Below are positions 49,181 to 63,464 of a DNA stretch of 64,000 bases, piece by piece. The translations under genes were made by a program, and so were the position numbers. The DNA comes from Moniliella sp. 'wahieum' (lineage: Eukaryota): NCBI GenBank assembly GCA_003971905.1, contig RSEE01000047.1, positions 186,001 through 250,000 of the forward strand, given 5' to 3'. Within the stretch, counting starts at the first letter, position 1. Each line of letters begins with the position of its first letter. The notes under the pieces are model-generated. The model did not search any database and had not been told where the DNA came from. It was given only the letters and a program-made list of their open reading frames with translations.

Positions 49181-50039
49181 GGTGTCTCTTACCCCCCATC
49201 CCCGCGCCTACGGTTACAGGTTTGCGTTGGCCTTTGCACCGCGCTGTAAATCAGTGCCCATCCGCCGCGTTGCCCCTGTAGATAGACTGCGTTTTGTTCG
49301 CCTTCTGTTTCGTGAACGCCACCTGTATGCTCTATTGCTCCATTTGCTCGGGCTCGGTCGCCCTCGATGTCCTTTCGCTTTGAACACCCATATCCGCAAC
49401 GCACCCCTTGTGCGCGGTAAGACCCAAAACATGTACACTATTCTTCGCTGCATGTAGATTGCTTGCCCATGTACGTCATTTGCCGTGCCCCGAGACGAGT
49501 GTGGGATTGATAGCAGTAGGGGACGCCGCCGGGCCGAGGCCAAGCATGCTGGATTGAGCACGACGCGCATGGCGACGGAGAAGCGAGTGGAAGCGGAGGC
49601 ATGAGGAGGCATCGCCTTCGGCGATTGATATTTGAAACCACGCCCACACCGCTTGGCCGGCTGCCCGTGGTTGGCGCCCAGGCACAGGGGGAGAGAAAGA
49701 GATAGGCACAGTGGCGTGCTGCCAGGGCCTGCTGCTGGCCAGTGTACTGCGAGCAGCGGGCCAGTGCCACGTGGTCTGGCAGCCTGCCAACCCTAGCATA
49801 CTGGCTCCACTGCAGGCTGCAGCCTACTGCAGCCCTGTTGGCTGGCAAGCGGACCGGGCTCTGACGATAGCAGCCCGGACAGTTGAGTTTGTGCGACCAC
49901 CTGCCCACCAGCGCGCCTTGTCTCTGCTCCGGCCCTCCGCCTGTTCTCCGTTCTGCTCCACTCAGCCGCCTTCCCTTCTCGTCGCTTCTGCCAACCCCCC
50001 CCCCCGTTGCCCGTGTCTTCTCTCACTTCCCCCTTCATC

Positions 50040-51356
<1,317 letters not shown>

Positions 51357-51663
51357 TAGTCCCCTCCCCGATAGGCCTGATGGGATCTGCCGGCGAAGGT
51401 GGTTGGGCGCTGGCTGCTCTGCCAAGTAGGAATAAGGTTGCTAGGGGCCTAGCGCCTGTTCACCAGTGGTGATCGAATGGCCGAATCACATTCATCACAG
51501 TGCCTATACCGAGCGGCTGGCGAGGGACGCGTGGACCACGGAGTATCAGACTGCGTGTACTGATGATCTGCGCGCCTGGCCGGCTCAACCAGCGCAGACT
51601 GCGCTGCCAGGGGCCGGAGAACTGGCGCAAGCGCACTAGGGTTGGGGCATCATGCGTCTGGTG

Positions 51664-51719
51664 TCACACATCACGCGTCACTAGACACTGGCGACTGGCC
51701 ACCGGCCACCGGTCACCGG
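51664..51719. repeat. Mixed heptamer array upstream of the VAP gene
   Basis: TCACACA TCACGCG TCACTAG ACACTGG CGACTGG CCACCGG CCACCGG TCACCGG. Confidence 0.88.
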
Positions 51720-52068
51720 CAGCTGCCTCCTGGGCGAGAGGCGAGTCATGCACGCGAGTTGCTACAACCCTACCACACGTCCGGGTCATGCGTCACGCGT
51801 CACGCTCACGCTTGCCGAGTCCCGACAGTCAGCTAGTTCTGGGGCACGTTGCATCGGGGCCCGAGGCGGAAACCCGAGGCACGGCGCCGCTGTGCCGCCC
51901 CATCGTCTGAAAAGCTGGCCAGCGGCCCACACGCCCCAGCGAGGAGCCAGCCGGCTGCAGCGTGAAGCACACCGCGCAACGTCATCCTCCCCACATCCAC
52001 CACCGTTCCCTCAGCCTTGCTCCCCGCCTCCGCCTCCTGCTCTCCAAGCCGTCTCCCAATCCATCAGC

Positions 52069-52771
52069 ATGTCTGTCGAGTACGCCCCTCCCCTGCCGCA
52101 GCAACCTCATTCCTCCTTGCCTCCCGCTCTAACTCCCCCTCCCCCCCGCTCCCCTCTGGCCAGCCTCAACCCGCACGTCCAGCTCGGCTTTCCCCGCCCA
52201 TTAACCGAGCTGGTCACCCGCCCGCTCACAATCAGCAACCCCAACAAGCACCCCGTCGCCTTCAAGATCAAGACCACGGCCCCCAAGCAATACTGTGTCA
52301 AGCCCAACGCTGGCTTCATCCCCGCTGGCCAGCGGACCGAGGTGCAGATCATGCTCCAGCCCATGCATGAGGAGCCCCCGCTGACGGCCAAGTGCCGGGA
52401 CAAGTTCTTGGTCCAGAGTGCCATCGTGCCTTCTCATCTCGTTTCGGCAAGTACAACCGAATTTTGGGCTGAACTGACCAAGACGGACAAGGATGCGATC
52501 AACGAACAGAAGCTGCGTGTCGCCTACTTGCCGCCCAAGTCCGCCGCCGTGCCGGAGGAAGACGAGGAAGGCTCAACCAAGGAGGCGTCGGGCCCCTCAC
52601 CCCGGCCCAACTGGAAGCGGAGAACGCAAAGCTGCGCGCTCAGATCCAGGGAAATGCTTCGAAGATGCCCAAGGTGCCCTGCCCATAGTCGCCCTGTTGC
52701 TCGCCGTTGTTGCGGCCGCTGCGGCGGCAGGGACGTGGTACGTGATCACAAACGACCTGATCAAACTGTGA
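52069..52771 (+). CDS. VAP/Scs2-like MSP-domain ER membrane protein; apparent frameshifts near 52600-52670
   Basis: MSP domain LTISNPNKHPVAFKIKTTAPKQYCVKPNAG...CRDKFLVQS...EQKLRVAYLP. A short coiled coil (LEAENAKLRAQ) and a C-terminal TM (ALPIVALLLAVVAAAAAAGTWYVI) lie in neighbouring frames. Confidence 0.9.
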
Positions 52772-53390
52772 GGGGCCATATCTACCTGCCGACTGGGTCT
52801 TGTTCTACTCCGATTGTGCAGCGCGTTTGGCTTTGCCATAGGCGTGAATATCCCTCCTTGTTGCAAGAGGTGGTCCTCTTGCTTTCCCCCCAATTCTTGC
52901 TCCCCCTTATTTTGAAGTTCTTGAGAGGAAGCGATGCCCTCGGCCCACCTCTTCCGTCTGTTCTCGCCCTCTCGTTTCTGCTCTCCTCATTCGCTAGGCT
53001 GTCTCAGCGAGTGTTTGTCCCACCTATCTTTGACCTCCTGTCTACCTCCGTTTGGTATCCCCCTGTTCCCCCGGCGTGAGTGCATTTCCATTTAGTCCAA
53101 CCCAACCCTGTCTGCCGTATCTCTCCGTCTGCCTTGTCTTATCACTTCCAACAGCCACGCTCGCCTCTCCCCTTACACACCACCGCTTTTGCTGGGGTCC
53201 GGCAAACTTATTTTTCTTGTCTTTCCTTAGTAACGGACTCCATTTCGGTTTAAGTTCATTACTAGTGTTGGCCCTTGCCTGTCCCAACACCCGGAAAGGC
53301 GAGAAAAGAAAGGATGAGGAGGGAAAGGGTGGGGGTCATGACGAAACATCGGGCGAATGCAGGGGAAGCAGCGAAGGCGACAAGGGCATC

Positions 53391-54002
53391 TCAGTACCAG
53401 TTATGCCATAGGCGGAGGGTGGGAAATCGAACCAGGCAACCGGAACATGCTGCGAAGCATATTACGAGCCCTAACTTGGCCGTCACATAGCCCAGACCCA
53501 AAACGAAAAACAAAGCACCCGAAACGCACTGGGAGACGACCTGGTTGACAAAAACCTTGGATATCAGCGCGCCCCTGCATGCCCGAGGAACAATTGGAGT
53601 CAGCGGTAACTCCCATCTCAAAGGAGCAGCGAGCACGTACCATTCAATCTTGACATTCTTGGCCAGCCACCACTGAGAGCCAGGAGCAGGGATCTGGCCT
53701 TCGGATGAGGGTGCCTTTTCGTCGGCTTGAGAGTCGCCATCGGGATAGACCTTGATGCAGGACCGGATGGAGGAAAGAAATGACTGCTCGTACCTCAGAT
53801 CTGGAATGGGGAGGTTGGGCGTGTGCAGGGTGGGATGGCGGCGCTGCTTGAGCTTGCGGGAGGGCTGCCGTGCTCCTTGCTGGTGCTCGGACCAGGGAGC
53901 TAGATGAGGCACGTCGGCTGCACTGGGCTCAAGGAGGGGCGAAGTGGGCGCAGTAACAGGCGCATCGGAAGGCGAGAATGGGCTGACAAGGTCCGAGGCC
54001 AT
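53391..54002 (-). CDS. Small fungal membrane protein, DUF1770-like; intron at 53575-53640
   Basis: Motif LPIPDLRYEQSFLSSI, then W|GALISKVFVNQVVSQCVSGALFFVLGLG, resembling the PDLRFEQSYL...DQV..P..QG pattern of DUF1770. Confidence 0.65.
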   Translation of the reverse strand: MASDLVSPFSPSDAPVTAPTSPLLEPSAADVPHLAPWSEHQQGARQPSRKLKQRRHPTLHTPNLPIPDLRYEQSFLSSIRSCIKVYPDGDSQADEKAPSSEGQIPAPGSQWWLAKNVKIEWYVLAAPLRWELPLTPIVPRACRGALISKVFVNQVVSQCVSGALFFVLGLGYVTAKLGLVICFAACSGCLVRFPTLRLWHNWY

Positions 54003-55817
54003 GACGAGCAAACGGAGGGGAAAGCTGGGGATGGGGGCACAGCCTCGATGGGAAGACGGCAAGAGCAATCGAGGAGCGCTGCGGACAAAGCCAGCAGTTG
54101 ATTCGCCTCCAAACGCCCCTCCAGCACCGTCGCCCACATCTGCTAAGTGCAGCAGAACATTGAACATTGAAGTTCGTTTTGTCCCAAGAAGGGCCATCAC
54201 ATGGAGTACGAATCGTGTGGGTATTACTCTTGTGCCGCGCCTTGGACTGAAAGTGGTGGGCAACGGGGTAACGAGCAACCGTACTCAATCAACCATGTTG
54301 TCCACAATCGCCTGCTGTGGGTGTCGCCTCGTCGTCGTAGGGCCAAAAGAGTACTCGTTATTGTATGCGAGTAGAGAGATCGGCCCGACCAAAGAAACAT
54401 CAACAATCAACAGTATCGAGCGCGCCGAACAAGGCCGAGCATGGAGCATCGAACATCGATCAAGTAAGCGCACACGTCTACCTCGGGGTGTTTCTCCATC
54501 TTTGTGAGCACACGGAAGTATAACACTTTTCCTTCAGCAAATACGGGACAAGAAAAAAATAGGTTCTCACAGGGGGCGGGGGCTGAGGCTGTTGAGGCGC
54601 TGAGACGCGGAGAGGGAGCTGCCAGGGGTTGCCCAGGGGTTACCGTCACCCAGGGGCCTGCAAAAAAGCTTTTAGATCCGCTTCGAAGGGTCATCGATCA
54701 TCCTGCCTAGTCTCTTTTGAAAATCGAGGGCCCAAGGCGCATATAATATCGATCGGCTCCCGGGGGGATCACCGGGATCACCGAAATCGCCTCGAAAGAA
54801 ACGATGAATAAGGATTGTGGTCAAGCTAAAGTAACGTTAAAGCTGAGAAACCCCCTCTAAAGACTCGCGATCGAAAGAGACTTAAGCTTCTTCTGTACGC
54901 ATACCATTGACAGAGCTTAAGATTTAAGGCTGGGACAGGGAAGCGCTACGCCTAAACCGACCCGCTCATCTTGTGCTGCTTGAAGGCCTAGTATCTATAT
55001 ACACTCTTATTACTTACTGTTGACCACCAGCGGTCTAAAGCCCTTCGGCCTTCAGTGACACCTGGCCCGATGTACACAACAGTGCATCGAGGCAGTGCGT
55101 CCCGGACCTTCCACGAGCTTCCACCGGCCTCCGAGCCCAAAGCCTATCATATATCACGACCCATAGGCCTATCGCTCCTTAGCCCTCTGGGCTACCATTT
55201 CCATTCCCCATATCGTCAGCATCGTTAGCTAGACCCGCGACACTTCAGTACCTCTAAAAGGCTATATTTACTCGTTACTCGCGCGATTTTGGTCCCAGTA
55301 AAGACCCAGCTCTCTAAGGATATCTATCTATCGTCTATGTCGCCAAAATGGGTGACTGCAAGCTGGTAAACTTCAGCGTTCAGTTGAACGTTTTGATGTT
55401 GAACGTTGAACTAGTCCAACGACATGGGAGCAGGGGATACAAAAAGCTGATGGTACCGTGATCGTGATCCCTTGGGCCAGCCTGATGGAGATCAGGGTGG
55501 CCCCTCGGGCTCAGGCCGTTTCAGAAACGAAGATGCTGTGGGCCTCAATGGCCTCAATGATGCAGATATGGATGATGTCGATGATGCATGCATGGTGTGA
55601 GCTAGGAAAAAAATCGACATGTCGATTGGCATGGACAAGCGAAAATGAGGCCAATGATCTAATCGATTAATGAGTTAATGGGGTCGAATAGGGCGAGATG
55701 GCACCTGTGACATCGTGTGACGCCGACGGCGCAATTAAGAGCTGGCAGCTTCAGATGGCTTGAGGCAGCACGGAATTTCGGGTGCTCACCGTGAAAGACC
55801 GCTGCACCAAAAGGCGC

Positions 55818-55845
55818 TCATCGATATCGATCATCGATCATCGAT
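55818..55845. repeat. TCATCGA heptamer array
   Basis: TCATCGA TATCGA TCATCGA TCATCGA T. Confidence 0.88.
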
Positions 55846-56253
55846 CTCACCACCAGCAACAGGCGGAGGTAAGCCGATGCGGATCGGGTCGAGTGGATAC
55901 ATCGCGTACCACATCGGGTGACCATGTCCACCTTCGTAACCCCGATCGTTCCGGCACTGCCCGCCAGCGGGACGGTGGTCGCAGGCGGATCTGACAGACA
56001 CCAGCTGGTCGGTTCGGGCGATGTGGCAGGGGTTTCCGACACAGGCGCTGTGCCTCGTGCATCGTTTAATTAAACTGGGCTGTTCCGCGCCAACAGCAGG
56101 TGTATCAAATTTTGCCCCCCCATCTCCTCCCGGCCTCTTCCGTTGCGAGGGGTGGGCGCAGATGCGCCAGATGCCCCTATAAGCTACCGCGTCCTCCGAC
56201 CCTGTCGCCACCACCTGGTTCCCTTGGCCGTCTGCGTACCCCCATCCGTTGCT

Positions 56254-57379
56254 ATGCCCTTGCGTCCCGTCTTGCCCGCCGCCACTCTGCTCAAGGGCGT
56301 GCCGCCCCCTCCTGCGCCGCACCCGCTCCAGGAAAAACTCGCGCCTTCTCTCTCTGACACTCGTACCCCCCCGACCGGCTCTCCCGTCGCATCATCGCCC
56401 CAGGTGGGCGGCGCAAAAGTACCGCCGCGCCCGTCTCTACGCAACACCTACTCCGCCCTCCCCCGTGTTGAGGCCCGCAGAAGGGGAAACACCGTCTCCA
56501 GCGCCTCTTCCAGCCGCATCTCGCCCTATCTTCCTCGCACGCGGCGGGGCTCCTTCCCTACCAGGCCCAGCCCACCGTCTTCTTGGGCCGTGGTGTTGGT
56601 ATGGGGGCTGCAACTCAACGCCCTCGGCAGGTAAACATGCCCAGCTCTGATTTTCCCGACCTTGCTCAAGAGTTGATGCGCCCTTTTGGCGCGGCCGCAG
56701 CCTCAGCCTCCCCGTCGACCTACACTCCACCGCCTTCGCGCTCTCCCAGCCTTCCCTCTACACCCAAAGATGGTGCGGCTGTTCCTCCTGCGCCATTTCA
56801 ACCGTTCGAAGTGCCGGTGCCGCCTCTGCCTCCCGGAGAAGACATGTATCGTGTTCTCCAGCGAATCGAAACTATCACTCGTCCGGTGGAACTCACGATC
56901 CAAACGCTCCTCTTCCGCATCTTCCGCACGCTCCAAGTTGACTTTTTAAGGTACCCTCCCGTCTCTGGGCCAGCAGCAACCAGTGGCTACATGTGCTTGC
57001 TCTTTTGGGCCATGTGCCGCCCCAGAATGGGTGGGATGCGGCTTGGCTAGGGATGGTGCACAGTCGCCTGCGCTTGGTCTACTCTGCCTCCTCTCCTTCT
57101 AATTCTGGAGCAGCACCCGAGAGCGCTAGCGATGCACAATCCACGCAACGGGACATGAGCGATCTTTTTCAGATGCTGCGTGTCCTCGTGGGTTGCATCC
57201 AACGTGTGTCCGACGTCATGGTCCGCAGTGGCGTCTGGCGAAACGATGCTTCGCCGCCTCTCACATCGAATGCGGAAATGCCAAGCGAGCAGCAGTCTTC
57301 CAAGCGACGGAAGCTGAGCTCAGCTCAGGAACCTCCTACGTTGTCCAACTTGCTCTTTCCGTCGGCTTCATCGACCTAA
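56254..57379 (+). CDS. Hypothetical protein (Pro/Ser-rich N-terminus, helical core, NLS-like KRRK); two apparent frameshifts
   Basis: Three overlapping + ORFs (56143-56634, 56583-57050, 56993-57379) read as one continuous protein-like sequence. No family was recognised. Confidence 0.55.
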
Positions 57380-58877
57380 CGGAAGGCAGGCGACTCCCCC
57401 CTATTCACTCCTCCCTCTCGGCGTGACCACCTAGCTTCTGATGGACATTTCATCGCCCTTTCTCCCCTTGTGGGAACGAAAGCAGCTGACCCGTCAGGAA
57501 GACCGGAATGTGCAGCCATTGCACTTATCTCTGTCATCTGGCCTTTTCTCCTCCCAACTGCGTGGAGGGGGATATCAAAGGCGTTACGACCTTCACTGTA
57601 GCTTCACTTCTCTTGCATCATGCGATGACATCATACACCCTGTTTCTCCACTCTTCATCTTCTCGATCATCATTCCCTCATGTTTTGTACGAGACAACCC
57701 CGCCGCGCGTGCTGTAGTTTTGGTGAGCGGCTTGATATGCATTCGATTAGACGACCCCGTATCATACGGCAGAACATGGAACGGTGCAGATCCCATTGTA
57801 GATCGTGTGTGCAAGCCGAAGGCCCGGAAATCGGGGAAACTGACTGTTGAACGTTCGTTGAAGCTTGAAGAGAGACCATATCCTCTCATCCTCTTGCCCC
57901 ACTACTACATCTCCATGGCATGTCAGTTCCCCATATAGATTGGCGTGTCCGCGTCTGGTTACATGTTATCAACAATCGATTGCGTCCTATGAGAGTGTAG
58001 AAGGAGCAGCTTCATCATTTGTATATTTCTGTGGACACGACGACGGAGTTAGCAGCACATAGTATACGTCTGAATTCCCTACCACACATGTTACTAATAA
58101 CAGCCTCAAACGCAAGACTGTATGTGCGTACTCCCGTGGGAATCAATAGCATATGCGGATTACTGCCAGGAACACGGTTTCTACTTTCCGTTTCCCCGTT
58201 TTGACCATCTTCTTTCACCCCATATGTCGGAGGGCCGAGCGCTGATGATGAGTTACATGCAAAACAATTCATTGGTCACTGCAAAACACTTCTTATGTCG
58301 ACACAGGGCATTTCGATCCATTGTCCATCTCTCTTTCCCAGTTGGCGTTCCTATGCGCTCTACCGCCACCCAACAAGGTATTTCTTCACATCCCGTATCC
58401 CTATTACATCTCCGTGTCGGGATCCCGGGATTGGATTCGTGAGGAAGAATCCCACTTCTTTATCCATCGGCCTCAAGGGAGAATCGCAGGTAACTCGGTC
58501 GGGGGCCCACCTGGAACAGATTCCATCACCAATATTATCTTCTTCCGCTTTCTCCATTGTGTCTATGCAATGATCTCATCCGTTTCAAAACCTGCGTCTC
58601 CTAATACAGTCCCGTCCGTACCAGTCCCCTCTGTTGGTAAGGAAACGAGTGCCTTCCTCTTCCGGTTCCTCATCCGAAATCCAGAGAGCCCAATGCCTTC
58701 GCTTTTCTACTAATCGCCACTGGTAGGGGGAGGGGGCATGGGAGGAGGGAGGACCGAGGACCCTCCTCCGTTGAATACGTTGAATATTGAATGCAGATGT
58801 GTGCAAAACGCATTTTATTCGCGTCTCCTCTTGTACCTTCCGTCTTCTCCACTTCTACCGTAGGATTACATTGACAC

Positions 58878-59153
58878 TGAGTACTTGAGTACTGAGTGTA
58901 GTACTGATCGATGAGATCGATGATCGTCCAGCCATCGTCACATGCATGTTACGTGCCATGTGTCATACACATCACAGCGGTCACATGTCGATCACACATG
59001 TGACACGCGTAGATATCGAAGGATGCCAGTAGTCGAGTCTGATACAACCTGGTACAACTTACAACCGCAAGGATGCTGGGGTGGTGGATGCATGGTGGGC
59101 AGTGGTACTAGCGATGTGAAAGAGCGGGCGTGTGCATCATGCATCATGCATCA
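58878..59153. repeat. Cluster of heptamer arrays (cores GTAC, TCGA, CATG, TGCA)
   Basis: TGAGTAC.TGAGTAC.TGA, TGATCGA.TGA, TCACATG, and (TGCATCA)3 at 59133-59153. Confidence 0.85.
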
Positions 59154-60573
59154 CACGTCAGTTGTAATGCATGTAAACGTTGCTCTGTGCCTAGGATGGG
59201 GTGGAGGGTGCAGCAGGGTGCAGTGGTCCTGTGTCCCTAAGCGCGAGCGCAGGCGGGTAGGGCGAGGAGGGCGGAGGGCGCAAGGCGTAGAGCACGGAGC
59301 GTTGGGGACGTTGGGACGCAGGACGCTGCAGGTGCTGCTGGACAAGTGCGCGTGGCATTATCGATTCGATTCAGGTCGCAGAGCAGGCACAGGCAGCCAG
59401 CGTCACATGTCACACGTCAAGCGGTATGCGTGACGCGTCACTAGCACGAATTGCTGGTTCCTCCTCGGCTGCGCGGAGGGGCACTGTTGCACGCGGCAGG
59501 CGCACTGGCTCGATGCAGCCCATTTTCAATCTGCCGCGTCGAGCATCCCTGGCATGCCGGCCGTCGGCCCAGCCAGTGCAGACACGGCCAGTGCTCCACC
59601 GCTCAGCCACAGCGACAACAGCAGCCGCAGGGAGCAAATGGCCGACCGGCCCGAGGGCATTCCTTGCAGCTGGAGAGTGTGCCGCGTAACTGAGTAGGGG
59701 AGTACTCGGTCTGAGATCTGAGGACCCCTGCATTGCGCATGGCCATGCAGCATGGCAGTGGCAGCATGCTGCACGCATTGCATAATCCAGCGTTCGAACC
59801 TCGCACCTGCGGGCATCACATCACTTGTCATCCATCGCGGTCACCGATGCATCGCCTGCGGGCGCCAGGGCAGCCTAGGAGCCATGGGCCCCTGCAGCGC
59901 TCGCGCCTACCCCTGCTTTAGCGCTGGGCGCTTGGCGCCCAGCGCGTCGCCTCGGTGTTTGTGGCCCGTCGGACGCCCTGCCGTCGCAGCACCTGGCGCC
60001 TGCCTGCCACCTTCTTGCGCTCACGCCTCACGCCAGGCGTCTCCTCTCGACAAGCACGCACCCCCTCCGCCCGCTGGCGATGGCATTCGTCCTGCTCGCC
60101 CCCGCGCCCTCTTCGTCCTGAGCGCGTCCCCCCCGCGCTGCCATCGCCTTATTGCCGCGCTGATGCTTGCCCGCCCCCCCCCGCCGCGTCCCGGCCTCCC
60201 TCGCGCCCGCGAATCTGGCCCTGACTTGCTTGGGTTTGCCTGGCCTCCCCAGCCTTCGCCCCACAACCCGCCGGCGCCATCGCCATCCCCGTCTCCGACG
60301 TCCCTTTGCCCTCCTCCCCGTCTTCGTCCTCCGCTGTCCACACCCCCGCCCCCGCCCCCGCCCCAGCGGCCGCTCCAGCGGCAGCGGCAATCCCGCTGCC
60401 CCGCCCTGAATCTCCATCATCCTTCCCTCCTGGCTCCCGCTCTGGCAGCCCATCGTTCTCCGCATCCCCCGCCCCCTCAGCAGCACAAGACGCCTTCCTT
60501 GTCGTCACCCCAGCAGCAATTTTCCCCCCAAACAGTCCGTGCATCCGACCCACGCCACCCGTCCCTCCTCGCC

Positions 60574-63071
60574 ATGCCCTCCAGCGCTTCCTTCTCACCC
60601 ACCAGCACCCATCGACACTCGAGCATGTTCAGCAGCACCCTACCTGCTCCTGCTCATCGCTCGACGGCGGCCAGTTTTGCTGCCAACTCCCTTTCCAGCC
60701 TGGCCGTGGCCGCTGCGGGCGACACCCTCCGCCCTGCTGTGCTCTCTGAGAGTGCTTTATCGCCAGCCGAATATGCATCTTACCTTCCTGCCTCTTAGAG
60801 CTCAAGAAGTCTCCATCGGGCCTCGAGGGACTGTACGACGAACTGAGTGCACTGCACTATCTTCGTGAGAAATGCAAACTGCAACTCAAGGACGAGGCGT
60901 TGATCCTTTCCCTTTTTGAGCGCACCCCATTGGGAATCAAGCCAGGACATTTTTATGCCTGGCTCCGCCTCGTCTCTTGGGTCCAACAGGGACAAAAACC
61001 GAGCAAGAAGCTCCTCTTTACTCAGAGTATGTGCTTTCTGTATCTTATTTTTCCAGTCTAACCTTTTCCCGCAGCTGTGCCAGTCCGCACTTTCATTGGT
61101 GCCGGATCCGGTTCAGGTCCGAGACATGAACGGTCTGCGACACACACTTACAACGCTCCGACACAGCGGGGACACATTCATCCTGACGGTTCCCAGCAGG
61201 TGCCTGACACCGCACAAGCGTCCCATGCCACTGCCAGCCGGCATGCCTCGGTGCCTCTGGCACTGGCATCCTCGGGCCGCCACGCTGGTGTAACAGCAAC
61301 AACACTCATCAAGCCGAAGGCAAGGATGGCTTCGCGCTCCCAGTTGGGACTAGGGATGCCGTCTTCGTTACCGAAAGTTCCGGACTTGCCGTATGTGCCG
61401 AGTAACCCAAAAAACCCTTTCCACGATCCCGCCCGACTGTATTTACCTCCTCCTGTTGCACCGCCGACTACACGCGCGGCATTCCCTTCTTATCCTGGCC
61501 CTGCGCCGCTTATGCAAGGGGTACCTACTCATCAATCGAGAGCATCACCGTGATCAAAGGGAAAAGGAACACCATCACCGTGATCGGGAAAAGGAAAGAG
61601 GAAAGGAGCACCCGCCTCGTGGGGAAGCGGCAAAAGCCTCGCAACCAATCGTTCTCCATCATGCGGCCCCGGCTCTACCTGCTCCCGCACCGCCGCCACC
61701 ACCCCGGCCTGGGAAGCTACCACTCGACGCGCTGATTGGCTTCAACCCAGCTCCCAACCCTTTCAAACAGACCAAGCCCGTCTTGTGCGTCCCACTCCCG
61801 TGGTTGCGACAAGTGCGGCGGCACAGCGTCCCACCATCCAAGTGTCGCAATTCTTCGATGCTAAAGACCAGGGACGGGAGGAGGACGGGCGGGAGGATGC
61901 GACTTCGGTCGAGACAGCCTCATGCCAGTCAACCGTACCCAGTGGTCTTCCTCTTGATGAGTCGCATATGCTGTATGGGTTCAAGCAAGGAGTGCTGGAT
62001 CGGTTGGGCGCCCCCTCCCCACCCGGGCTCCAATCAGTCCGCTCATCCAAGCCGGTCTCAATGCCGCTAGCGAGGTGCACAAGGCCAAGCAAGCTCTCCC
62101 ACCAAAACCTACATGACAATTCAGCGCAGCACCAAGAAGCCCAAGTCGCTGAGGAGCAAGCATGGTGCTCGTTCCGATACCAGGCCCGAGCCTGGATCAG
62201 GACCAGGTCCCACTTCCAGTGTTGGGGGTGGTACTTCCATCTCCAACGCTGGTCCACCCATTTTGGTGGCCCCACAGCCGCGACATGCCACTGCTGGGAA
62301 TGATCTCACGTCTTCGCTCTACAAAAAGAAAGCAGAGGAAGATGGGATCAAGAGCCATGAGAGCGTTCGCTCAACATACACGGGACGGAGCAAACAATCA
62401 TCTCATCGGTTAAACGAGCGCTTCTCCGAGCCGCCTGTCGGGAGGGGTGGCCATGGAGGGGCTGCTGGGTTCGCATCTTGCCACCCTGGGTGCTGGCGGT
62501 CGACCGAAATCGCGAGTTTCGACCCGGGCTGCTCGCTACGCCCTTCTTCGTTCCATCCTGAGACTCGTGGCGGGTCTCACAAGAGTCGTGCCGCCGGAAC
62601 AAATACGAGTACGGGTACGGACACAGGTCCGGCGCGGGGTTCCCGAGGAGCATCTGTTGGCCCTGTACCCAATGGCTGCAGGACCAGGATGCGATCCAAC
62701 CTCCGTTGGGACAGCACCTGGCGCCTAGCCAGTCGATGAGCAGTATCGGTAGCTCCCACAATCTCCTATCCCCTCGCATACAAGGGATGATGATTCCTGG
62801 CTGGGCAGCGTTGCCCCAGGCGCCTCTGATGATAGGATCGGTGGCGCCGAGTAGCGTGGAGGTGCCATTGGGTGCAAGAGCAGAGCGAGGCACGCGACGT
62901 GTCTGTTACCTCTCACAGCTCGGGCGTGCCTTCCCAGTTTCTTCTGCTTGCTGCGCCTACTCGCATCTCAGGCTGGTGTCTGTGCTCGGGGAACGGCGCC
63001 GGATCCTTTCCCAATTTCCACTAAGTACACATGAGGACACGGAATTAAATGGTCTCCTCGATCCTGGGTAA
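60574..63071 (+). CDS. Putative endocytic adaptor: divergent EH-like domain plus a Pro-rich tail with NPF motifs; intron at 61027-61074; several frameshifts; end approximate
   Basis: With a 1-nt correction near 60792: LSPAEYASYLPALLELKKS...ALHYLREKCKLQLKDEALILSLFERTPLGIKPGHFYAWLRLVSWVQQGQ. Downstream are PKNPFHD, PAPNPFKQ and PPPPPRP. Confidence 0.6.
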
Positions 63072-63290
63072 TTTTTCGTGCCTTCTGTGTCTTTCTTCCT
63101 GCGTTTGCTCGGCATTCCATCCTATTTGGCAAGAGCGTGGCGCACAACGCTCTGTTCTACCAAAAACCAACGCTGCCCTATATTTTCGACCCGCTTTGGG
63201 TATCTAACTTTTGTGCCCCTACCCCTTTGTACCCCCTATGTTTCTCCCCATCTATCCCACACTGCGCACGCGTGGAGTTGTCCGGTCTTG

Positions 63291-63320
63291 TGCTGTTGCT
63301 GTTGCTGCTGTTGCTGTTGC
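63291..63320 (+). repeat. (TGY)n microsatellite
   Basis: TGCTGTTGCTGTTGCTGCTGTTGCTGTTGC. Confidence 0.8.
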
Positions 63321-63464
63321 GCTCTGTACTCTTTATCGTCTCCTTTGCGGGAGCCCATGTTCCGTGCCCACTGAAGGGCAGACGCAGTCCCTAATGATGT
63401 GCTTGCCCCAAGCCGTCCTGTTGGCTGTTGGTGTTGCAGGAGAAGTAGTGTAGCCCGCGTACCT

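Noticed and set aside
59752..60573. Long Pro-rich ORF extension upstream of the EH-like gene, and similar extensions upstream of annexin, Snf2 and VAP
   Set aside because: C-rich 5' leader sequence lacks stops by composition, and better ATG starts lie downstream.
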